DNA of 64,000 nucleotides from Asterias rubens. Taxonomy: Eukaryota. Positions 53,254 to 64,000 of this stretch are shown piece after piece. The stretch is from positions 806,001 through 870,000 of the forward strand of contig NC_047080.1 of the NCBI RefSeq assembly GCF_902459465.1, written 5' to 3'. The notes beneath the pieces are model-generated. The model did not search any database, was not told the DNA's origin, and worked only from the letters and a program-made list of their open reading frames with translations. The first letter of the stretch is position 1; each line of letters starts with the position of its first letter. The translations under genes and the position numbers were made by a program.

Positions 53254-55132
53254 CAGATTTCGGTCCAAGAGGTAGTCCACTCCTTTGACAATCAAGTGGT
53301 TGAATAACGTTCTTATGTATGTTTCTCTTGCTACTGCAAGTGTTCTTCCATGGGCTAAATTGTGAATTCTGAAAACACAGTACAAGAAAGATAAATTAGT
53401 TAATTTAATTTTATTTGTGCGCTGGTCAAATCAAATGATTGAACTTTTTAATTTTACAACTATCTGTCAAGGACTCAAGGAAATGTTTCTCCCAAAAGAA
53501 AATTGGCAGTTATTTATCTATTACACAGATTATTAGCACACAATGAAAAAATGTGTAGCTTTTATATTTTTGTTTACTTTTCCTTATTAGAAAATTAATT
53601 GTTGAAAATGAAATTGAAGTTTTGGCTTAGCTAGCATTTTTTCTTTTCCTCATTTTTACAAAAGAAAAGCTCATCCCCAAAATTGTTCTTCACTCGGTGA
53701 ACCATTGCTCTAACTATACACTGTGCCTGTTATAGTACAATTTCTATGCACATGGACGATCTTCAATGATGATCATCCCCCCCCCCCCCCACCAAACTCA
53801 GTGTCATTTGTGTCGGAAATACACGACACTCCCTTTAACATCACATCAACATTGCACATGTGTGTGATTAACAAAATCATAAGTTTCTACTAGACGGAAA
53901 ATTCCGATCCCAAGAGTAATTTGATTTGATATTAATCATAGTTACCTACAAAATAAAATACCAATATGACTCTTACCCATTGAAAAGACCTGGAACACTA
54001 GCTCGCCACTTAAACCATTTATTTAGCAACCTTTTTAACTTGGCCACTTCAAAGGTGCGCTACCGAATTTACACACACGCACGAAATTGTTCAGTCCACG
54101 TGTTAGACTTAATCGTTGAGGGCGCGCTAATAAACAGCTGATATTATATTAAAGGGAATATGCACAGAAATTTGTTATAAATTGTCTCTCAATTTTAAAT
54201 ATTACGAAAAGTGTGGACATTTATTTCTTCAACGAGTATAAAATAAAGTTAAATTAACCAATGCATTTCGTGTTGCTGCAAAGTGCATATTATATGCACT
54301 ACTTTATTAGTAATCACTATGGACTATAATTTCACGTTTCAATAAACCTTTAGTAGTTTGATTTTTTTTTAATGTTACCAGCAGAATGATACAAATCAAA
54401 TGCCATAATTATTTTGTAAACAACTTAATTTATAGATAGGCCTATTTATTTCAATTAATTTCAAACAAATCTCAATAACTAAGTTTGTTTTCTTTCTTCT
54501 AGAACCTCAACCCCTTCTTCTAAAAACTAAATTTATTGTTTTCAAAAAACAAATAGTTAGGTTACAACTCATTTAGTTCCAATAATAAAATTTAAAAAAT
54601 CATATTTTGTTCTTTTTACAAGGAATTAAATAAAATAAATTGTAATCTTAAAACAAACCTGTAACCTTGTTAAATTAAAAAAAGATAAAACACAAGTCAT
54701 CTGACATCGCAATTTGTTTATAATAAACCAACTGTTTTCTTTTTCCATCCTTTGGATTAAATATGCATCACCAGATTTTTGTTTAACTTAAAAGTTTGTT
54801 TTAGTATGGTTCTTCAATGAAACCAACTCATCAATTGTTTTGTAAACAAGTCTCGCTTTTAAATGTTTGTTTCTTTCCACAAGATTCTTCTTTAAAATTC
54901 AATTCTTTTATCAAATAAAAAAGACACAAGGGAGAACTGGCTGAGTTAGTTTGTTTTGTCAACAAATTTGCTTAAAACTCATTTAATTCAAATGATTAAA
55001 CAAGTTTTCTTTCTAGAAGAAATCAAATGTTAATACAATGTTTTTCTTTAATACAAACCTAAAATCTTGTAAAATTAAAAGATAAACACTAGCCATCTCC
55101 CTTCGCTATTTTTTTTTATATGATAAATTGAC

Positions 55133-57428
55133 TTATTTCTTTGTCTTTTTCTGTCCTTTGGATTGTTTGCCAACCTCTGCATCACCTGATTCACGTTTCC
55201 TGTTTTTCTTCTTGTCCTTGAAAGAATGAAAAAGATTAAAAGGATGTGAGAAGCATTTAATTAATACTTAATTGTTAAGTAAATCAATTTATCATACTTG
55301 TAATCGCAAATTGGTGTTCTACTTACTGGTGAGTTTGGCAGCTGTCCTGTTTTGGGTTGAAACTTCTTCAAATCAGCACTAAAGAGAACCTAGAAAGTAA
55401 AAAGTTACAGATCTTAAATGATAAGCCAGCAATGTTTCTGCAATGTTTGTGTTTTCAGGCGAAAAGAAATGTACAATTTTTTTCCAGGAGGTTAAGGATG
55501 GGGGGGGGGGGGGGGGGGCAGTTTGGTTTTATTGTGACTTTTTTCTAGTACTTTCTTGTCCTTACAAGCTTTATTGAAATCAGTCAAGTGAATGAAGAAC
55601 ATGGCCTCTAGAAGCCTTTGACCTATATTAGCTATCCCATCTCCTTTTGAATTGATTTCTTATACTTACAGAATGAGCCCATCCAGCGTATTCCCCAAAC
55701 AGAGCCCTGAAGAACTCTCCAACTTCCTTGTACACCTTGTCAGTCAGGGACTTGGTCTTGTGAAGGGTTGGGATGTAGTCTCTACATGCAATCTGCCATA
55801 CATGTGTATCTACTGGGATGGCGTTAGGTTTATCCATTGACATCAAACAAACACAGTCAGCAACCTGAGAAAATATTTGTTTAAAGGTAAGACAAAATTC
55901 ATTAACACGAACAAAAAAAATGCAGACAAGCAAACTAGCTAAGCAAACTGTGAGGCAGTGGGCCATTTGCAACAGTGTAAACATTATGGATTTTTTGCTG
56001 TGACCACCGTTAGCCTTTCTATTTCTTCCTCCATGGTATCACAGACGCCTTTCGTCTCCTTTCGTACAAATTAAAGGAGTCTGTGATTAGGGCTATCTGT
56101 GTGACCGGGCTTTTGCTAAGCATGGCTTTTATGTGCTGAGCAAGTTTTTGTGCTTACAGGCTTAATGAAATAGACCATTAAGCTCCGCCCCATTGCGTAC
56201 TGACCAATCACAACCCCTGATTGTACAACCAAAAGTCTGACACTATAAAGTCCGACATGCTTGTGCGTATGATTGGCACGCGCGACAGAGTTGTGCAGAA
56301 TGGCATTGGAGCCTTATGGATTGTTGTATTGTTATTCAATCCACATCCCTTGATTTGATGATCTACAACAAATTAGTTAATCCACAAAATGAGTTGCTAC
56401 CTTTGCTCCCACACCAGGTAGTTTCACCAACTCTGCATGCGCCTCCTCATACTCCAACTCTCTTATGCTCTCCAACCATCCCTTCGGCTGTTTCTCAATA
56501 AATTTAGCAGTCTGACTGATGAACTTCGCTCTGTACCCGAATCCTTTATCTCTTAACACTTGCTCCACACCATCCTGTGCTAAGGCCTCAGCCGTTGGGA
56601 AGGTGAACCATGTCGTACCATCCAAGACTGCAAGTTCCTTCCCGTAGAATGAGCAAAGTTTATCCACCATGCCTGTGATTCGAGAGATGTTATTGTTTGA
56701 TGAGCAAATGAAGGAGAAGACATTCTCTGTTGGGTCTTGGCGAAGTACTCTTACACCGGGGAAGTTTGGAGCAACCTTGGTGTTGAAATTGCTGTCTGCA
56801 GCTTTCCATTTCTTGTAGAGTTTCTCAAGATTTACGCTGAGCTGGAAGTAGTCTTTCAGGATAGTTGGGTAGTCGTCTCCAAGGGTTAGGGTTGTATCTT
56901 TTTTCTCTTCCTTGATGAATTGAACTACTTTTGTGTCCCCATCTTCCACTTTTCTTGTCTCCTTTTTAGCAGGCTGTTTTAGCTTAGAACCCTTCTTTGG
57001 TGGAGGAACTTCCTGTTTGATGCGCACACTGTTGTCTGGTTCTATTGCATCTGAAGGATGGACTTGGTAAAGAATTTCATCATCAGTTTGTTTTAAGGTC
57101 CAAACTCTACCAGCCAAGACACTCCTCCAAATACCTGGTTGAATTTCCTTCCATCTGAAAAAAGAAAAGGGTGGTTGATAAAGATGCACTTAGTATTGTA
57201 GCTTTAGCAGATTATGCCAATCATTAAATGTGAATGGCTGTACATGTTAATTATTAATATCTAAGATAAAGAATAAATACATACAAATCAGCAGGATAAA
57301 TAAATAAAAGTAAAAAATGAAACAAGAAAATTAATCCTAAATTACCTGAAACTTTGACCACAAGCTAGTGTTATATCCAGTCGCAGTTCTGATATTTTGC
57401 AAGGCAGAGACCGCCAAGCACTTGCCAT
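55133..57428 (-). CDS. OGG1: 8-oxoguanine DNA glycosylase 1, 5 exons
   Basis: MASAWRSLPCKISELRLDITLACGQSFR|W...; LRQDPTENVFSFICSSNNNISRITGM; HhH-GPD motif LPGVGAKVADCVCLM...IPVDTHVWQIA; YAGWAHSVLFSADL; basic C-terminal exon DKKKNRKR...KKTKK*. Exons 57428-57346, 57154-56401, ~55864-55673, 55389-55327 and 55216-55133. Confidence 0.95.
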
Positions 57429-58345
57429 ATTTATCTAGAATTTGTGCTATAAAATGATAAAATTACGACTACAAAACAAGTGTTGAATGCAGACAAACGT
57501 AAACACATTCCACACAACAACACGTGCACACTGCTGCAGCCTTTTTATGTGACCTTTTAGTGAACTGTGACCCAAGACATGAATTATTCATTATTTTAGT
57601 TATCCTTGTATTCATTTTGAAACTGCACTCGACCCCTCGTTATGTTATAACGAAAATGGCGTAGCGCGCGGGGACGATATTGTTTCATTTGGTAAACAAC
57701 TATTCAGAAAGGTTGTCGTCGTGGCTACACACAGTACACGGTCAACGAATATGGCGGCTCTCTAAATTGCACAAACCCATCGTACAAAATCGTGCTATAA
57801 TTGGATCTACTGGACAGGAAATTAAGAGTTCTTTGTGTAAGTATGTCTCTTGTAAATTTAGTGTTATATGAAGTTATAGGAGCAATAGTTTGATGTATAT
57901 GAGATATATTAAGGGGTGTTTTGTAAGCTCTTTTAGGCCGCGTGTTCGTGCCCGGTCGGCCGACCCGACCCGACCGTGCGGCACGCATATAGCGGGGCGG
58001 GAGGGGAGGCAACCGTTCGTCCCCGCTCTCTGCGTGCAAATTGAGACCGCTGCGCTGAGTGGGCGGATTCGTGGCATTGTGCCCATGGTTTGCCATCATT
58101 CTGCCTCAGCTGCGTATACCAATTAGGCCTACCCTGCCTCTGTTGAATTGGCCGCTGTACCTGGAACCTGTATAAATTAAATTTATATTATTAGAATAGT
58201 ATTATTAGTACGTAGTATATGTTCAGTCAGTCACTGTCAGTGCAGTTGTTATAATGAGCTGTTCTTTTTCTCAATGACTTTTGTTTTGAACTTAATTTAA
58301 TTAGTTCTAGGTATTAAGCCAAACTAAGTGAGTTACGTTTTTCCC

Positions 58346-58720
58346 TTAAAGCCATTGGACCCTTTCGGTAAACAGTATTGTCCAAGGCCCACACTTTGTG
58401 TACCACAACTTCTATATCAAATAACAAACCTGTGAAAATTTAGGCTCAATCGGTCATCGGAGTCGGGAGAAAACAACGGAAAAACCCACCCTTGTTTCCG
58501 CGCGTTTCGCCGTGTCATGACATGTGTTTAAAATAAATTTGTAATTCTCGTTAACGAGAATTTATATTGTTTTGCTGTTTTCTCAAAAAGTAAAGCATTT
58601 CATGGAATAATATTTCAAGAGAAGTCTTTCACCATTGCCTTCTGTAAACCCTGTAAGTTATTTGTAAATCTGTGAACTTTTTTTTTTTTTTTCTGAACCG
58701 AAAGGGTCCAATGGCTTTAA
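58346..58720. mobile_element. TTAA-flanked MITE with perfect terminal inverted repeats (Kolobok-like)
   Basis: TTAAAGCCATTGGACCCTTTCGG ... CCGAAAGGGTCCAATGGCTTTAA, a 23-bp perfect inverted match including the TTAA. Confidence 0.85.
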
Positions 58721-59087
58721 AGTTATCTTTCTTAAAAAAAAAATTGTACACGAATAATTCAAAACCAAATCAAATGGTTGTTAAATCTTATAAAACACAT
58801 CCTTCACTCATCCCTGAGAAAGTTTAACATGTTAAAACCAATGTACTCGGTCAAGTTGTTGTGTGTTTGGTCCCATATTTTGTCATCAGGTCATTATATT
58901 TTAGGTAGAATGAAAACAAATCCCATAATCCTACAAATCTGTCTACTTTTCCAGATAAAGGTAATGCAGCCAAGGGAAACATGCCATAAACAAAGTTGTC
59001 AGCATTGTGAAAGAGGAACAGTGCAACTCTTCTCACACAAGAACAAGAGTCTTTTCTCCTGGAAATAGATAAATTCACTGAGTGAAG

Positions 59088-62000
59088 ATGTTTACTATCC
59101 ACCATCAGCCCCAGCTCGCCCTATGGCTCAGGGAGAGAGAAAAACCCCAGAGGTTGCGGTCCATCATGGAGAAAGAACGAAAGAGTGAATTCCTAAGACA
59201 CGCAGAAGAAAAAGGATACCTGACGTCTCCTGATAAAGATTACTTGTTGAAGAGGGGGAGTGGCAAGACCAAGAAAGATAAATCATTGAAGAAGACACAG
59301 TCAGTGTCGGACATTCATCTTGTTAAACTCTCCAGTGTTCATCTCATCAACATAGGACAGATTCAGTTGCTCACCAGGCTCAAGATTTGTATCCTCCCTG
59401 GGAATTACATCACTAGCTTTGTTGCTCTTGCCAACTGCCCGGAGCTGGTGAAACTTGATCTTCATAGCAATCAGATCTCGACCCTGCCAGGGCCGGAGTT
59501 CTGGAGATGTCTGCCGAATCTGAGGGTTGTTCATTTGCATAATAACAGTATTGGGAAGTTGGATTGTTTGCAGCATATGGGGGAGGCGGAGAACCTTCAT
59601 GTTTTAACGCTGTATGATACGCCAATCAGTTTGAAGAAAACTTATAGACATCATGTTGTCAACAGGTAGGCATAAATTGTGATTTTATTTCATCTGTGAA
59701 ATCACACAGATTCATACAACTGTAGGACTAAACTTCCTCATAAAAAAAATGTAACAATTTTGGTACCCATAACTTTTTCTGGTTAAACCAGACCTTTTTA
59801 TCTCACTCTTTCTTCTTTCTTTCTGTCCTATTTCACTCCACTGCAGGAGAAAACGTCGGCACCAATTCTCAATCTCACTCTTCCTCAGATGTCTATCTAA
59901 GTTATGTCCCTATCATAATTATGTCCCTAGTTCATCTCTCCATCTTCATTTTTGTCTCCTGCTTTTCCTTGTTTGGCTTCTTCATGCCACTCTTTTGTTT
60001 GCTACGTGTTTCTGTTTTGTGTGTGTGTGTGTTATAATCTTGTATAAAACGACTTTAGTGAGAGAATAGAGTGAAAAATAACATTTTTATTTTGCCCAAC
60101 AGCATCTGGTCCTTGAAGGCTCTTGATTATCACGTTATCTCAGATGAGGAGATCATTGAGGATGCATCTTTCGGGAGTCACTTTTCTACGATGAATCCAG
60201 CCTTCCACTACAACCCTGTGCCTCATTCCAAAAAGGTATGTATGCCAATCTACAAATTTATGAAAGTTTAGATACTAGAAGGAAATGCTCTGCATCAGAG
60301 TTGATTTATTTTGCCTGGCCTTGATTTATGCTCTTTGATTTTCCCTTTCTTTGTTTCTTGATGGTAAATGTATACTTTAAGAAATTTGTGATGACAGCAT
60401 GTTGTTAATCTCTCTTTTGAATAGAATAGTGGTTCAGAGGGAACTGGTAGCCATATAAATAATCTTTGTACACTTCATTGAACACACCATAGAAACTTTT
60501 TCGATGGCTGAAATATTATAAAAACATCTGGCCTGGGAAAAATACTTAGATTTGTTTTCGTTTTGGTTTTGTGATGATTTTTTTTCTTCTTTCCAACCCC
60601 CACCTTCTTCTTTCTTGACCTCCCCTTCTAATAATCTTTGGGTTTATCTTCATTACAGGACAGCACATTTGAGGATGAGATGGCTTTAGTGTTACACGTC
60701 TTGAAGGAGGTTTCCAGCATCCAATCTCATCACTCACCAGTTCTTATCATCCAGAAGAGCATAAGAGGCTTCCTTGCAAGGAGACATCACAAGTTGCTCT
60801 TTGACACCAAAATATGGTATGTAGAAACTTCCTTCCTTTTAATAAAATGCAGCTTTTCAAATTCTACACTTCTTTAAACACCTTCAAGAAGTCTTTCGTA
60901 TAATTAATGTAAGATTGGAAGTTGGAGGGGGGCGAGGTTGAGAAAGAAGAGGGTGGGGTTTGGAAAGAATTTAATTAAAATGGCCCATCACCGACATTTA
61001 ATAAATTGACACGGAAACAAGTTTTTATTTTCCTCTTCGAGATGTTTCATAATGATGGAATGACTTAAATTTTCTTGAACAAAAACAATTTTTTTTTTTA
61101 TAAACATCATTACAGTGAGTATGAGCCTGCTCTTGTAGAACTTTTTTTCTATCTACATTTGTTCTGTAGTAAATGGTAAATTTGACTTTTTCTCCAATAT
61201 TCCCAATTTGCAGGGCTTCTGTCTGCATACAGCGATATTGGCGAAGCTTCAAGGGGCTAGAATGGAAGCCCCGCCCTACACCTGCCACGCCCACAAAACC
61301 CCAAATTGAGCCTGCCACTATCATCCAAGAAGTTCCGGTAGTATCTAAAAGGGTGTCACCAGAACCACCTAATGCCCCTTCTATCACTGATGGCTCTACT
61401 ATCACCCGAATTGACTACGACATGTATCTAGCAAACAGGCGACCTGGTTCAAAGACTCCTAGTATTGTGTCTTCAGTTGTGCCTGATAAGAAACAGTTAC
61501 ATCTGGAGGAGACACGAATGACTGGGTACTCTGATGACAAGGTAGGTTGAACATGTTCTTGTCATACTTTTCTTTTGTTTTAAATTGTGGTAATTGTCAA
61601 AGACCAGTCTTCTCACTTGGTGTATCTCAACATAATCATGCATAAAATAACAAACCTGTGAAAATTTGAGCTGAATTGGTCGTCGAAGTTGCGAGATAAT
61701 AATGAAAAGAAAAAACACCCTTGTCACACAAAGTTGTTTGTTCCAGATGCTTGATTTCGAGACCTCAAATTTGTTGAAAATTTATTCTTTCTTGAAAGCC
61801 GTTTCTCCCAATGTTTTATACTATCAACAGCTCTCCATTAGTCGTTACCAAGTAAGGTTTTATGCTAATAATTATTTTAAGTAATTACCAATAGTGTCCA
61901 TTGCCTTTAACAGATTCGAAAGGAGAAATCTTTTCTTTTAAAGTGAACTAGTCACCAAATCAATCCATGAGAAAACACAAAAGAAAAGTTAAATTTGCCT

Positions 62001-63572
62001 AGGGGATAATTCTTATATTTGGTTTGACCCTTACACCGATGTGTGAAATTAGGATTTCCCAAGCTCTGTGAAAAAAATCACAGGCATTTTACTCGGGTAC
62101 AGAGCTTGGGAAAGTTCCAAGTATACAGTACTACACACATTGGTGTAAAAATAACGCCAAATAATATTCACAAGAAAATGTTTTATAGTCTGCTAATAAT
62201 TACATTCCATTTGTTTTAACAGGAAACCAATCTGAGTATGCCTGCAATCTCAGTATCTCCAGGAGTCAGTGAGCCGTTCTCCACCATGAGGAAGCGCACC
62301 AACCTCCACATTGACCTCACCAAGCTCCAGACAGATTCAATGTTTCAATCAGAAGAAGCCAGTCAGGCCATCGTCTTTGAGACAAACCTTGATGAGGGCG
62401 TGAGCTCCTTCTTGGGCTTGAGTAAACCCAGAGAGCAAGGTGTCGAGCCCATCAAGAGTATGAAGAAACACAGACATGAAAAACAGCAGAAGGATCGGAA
62501 GAAGAAGGAGTTTAAGACAGTGAAGCAGATGCTTGGGCCATTACCAAGTAGCCAGTTAGAGCGGGAACGTGAGGAGGAAGTTGATACAGATGATGAGGAG
62601 ACAGTGATAAAGTTCCGCCTCTCTGGGCTGAAGTCTGTTTTGCATGATGTGGATTTGCTTCAGGAGCTCTTGATTTCAAAGCGTGAGGTTGGACAAGATA
62701 TAAGACACTCCCACAAAGATGTTATTGATCGGACTTTACGCGAGACAAAACAGAAACCAGTCAAGTCAAAATCTATCAATGCTGATCAGAGACTGTTTGC
62801 TAGAGTGCAGGGCACAATGGGAATGTCTTGTCTACGCGCCGTCCAGCAGGCATACAGAGATCGGGCGAAAGCAGAAAAACTTGTCTCAACAGTTGACAAA
62901 GTGACAAACTTACGTGAGCTCAGAGAGGCTTCCAAACAGCAGGCAAGGAACTTCTTAGAGGAGAAGCGTCTCCAGGCCATCAAAAAGAAAGACAATGATG
63001 CAAACGATAACATTGAGGCAATTGAGAGGCGAGTCAACCATGAGAAAGCTCAGAGAGAACGAAGAAAAGAAACCCGCTTGAAATCTCGTGAGCTCTCTAA
63101 GAGCTCTCTGAGAGACAAATCCTTCATGGTTGACTTTACTGGTCAACATACCTCAATCTCAAATGCCCTGATCAGACATGACCGCCAAGCAAAGGATGAT
63201 TTCACTCTACAAAGTCGTCAGAACCAGGTAGATGGTGAAAGAGACTGCAACAAACACCAGTTAGACCTTGTCAAACAGTACCTTGAGCATCGTCAGATGA
63301 TGCGCCAGGCACAAAATGCTGTTGAGAAATCTGCCTTAGACACCCGGATGCTTCAGGAGGCCAATGAGCGACTGATGGAGGCTAGAAATCGCATCGCTCA
63401 ACAAAAACAGAAAGCCAAATCGGTTCAGGCTTTTTACCCTCTCCCTAAGACAGCTACTGACCCAGTCCTTCCCCCTGTTAACCAGGAGGGCAAACCAGAC
63501 CGCTTCCATACACTCATTGCTATGTATGAGGGTAGAGTTGGCAACCACCCCACTGTGGTCGGTAGCACTTGA
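59088..63572 (+). CDS. LRRIQ3: Leucine-rich repeat and IQ domain-containing protein 3, 5 exons
   Basis: LRRs (LVKLDLHSNQISTLPGPEFW...LRVVHLHNN), then LYDTPISLKKTYRHHVVN|SIWSLKALDYHVISDEEII and the IQ motif HSPVLIIQKSIRGFLARR, with a coiled-coil C-terminus. Exons about 59088-59665, 60102-60235, 60659-60817, 61213-61540 and 62223-63572. Confidence 0.88.
61580..61910. mobile_element. TTAA-type MITE in an LRRIQ3 intron
   Basis: GGTAATTGTCAAAGACCAG at the left and GTAATTACCAATAGTGTCCATTGCCTTTAA at the right; same family as 9020-9273. Confidence 0.7.
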
Positions 63573-64000
63573 TTTGAAAAGAGTCATAAAAAACTCTGTT
63601 GCCATAACAAATCCATCCAAAAATATTTCATGTACATTTATATCTATGATAGCATTTTTTTGTACAGAATTAATTTTATGAAATCTATAACTTTTTTGCA
63701 TGTAACCATTTTCTTGGTATTTTCCAGAATAACAACTGAAATACAAAATACTGTCAAAGATCATGTATCTTCCAAAGGTTCCACCTAGGTATTTTCATGG
63801 CCAACTATATGTCTGCAAAAAACAGGGTTATTGTTACAATTTACAAGTATTTGTCCATATAAAATGTATATGGAAGGCAAAGTAGCAGAAGCAAGTAAAA
63901 AGTATTTTTCTCAGGTGGATTTTCAGCATTAACTTCATCTTTAACACATTACATATTTCTTTGCCCTTGAAAATTTAAGTTACTGAAATCTTTTTGTGAA

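Overview
AT-rich, intron-rich animal genomic DNA. It looks like an invertebrate deuterostome; the repeat families remind me of sea-star genomes, but that is unverified. I traced eight multi-exon protein-coding genes by hand through their splice sites: TDRD5 (+, 1449-14602, apparently four LOTUS domains and one Tudor), CDC73/parafibromin (-, 17124-24393), RO60/TROVE2 (+, 31480-35506), two intact PPP6C (PP6 catalytic subunit) paralogs arranged head-to-head (-, 40122-43462 and +, 43511-49292), SURF6 (-), OGG1 (-) and LRRIQ3 (+). The most unusual feature is the PPP6C pair. The two start codons are only 48 bp apart, with a CTCF-like palindromic motif between them. Both copies carry the same U12-type AT-AC intron, and their patchy near-identity suggests gene conversion. 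The more diverged (+) copy has an in-frame triplication of the GDIHG motif plus its splice donor, and a 138-bp 3' array that repeats the C-terminal ...PYFL* tail. The 7.1-kb CDC73-RO60 interval is about 85% DNA-transposon insertions: a 1.07-kb hairpin element with a 9-bp TSD, a 4.8-kb foldback-like element with inverted subterminal 20-bp arrays, and two MITEs. Many other MITEs, tRNA-derived SINEs and minisatellites lie in introns. All coordinates and counts were read manually and may be off by a few bases.
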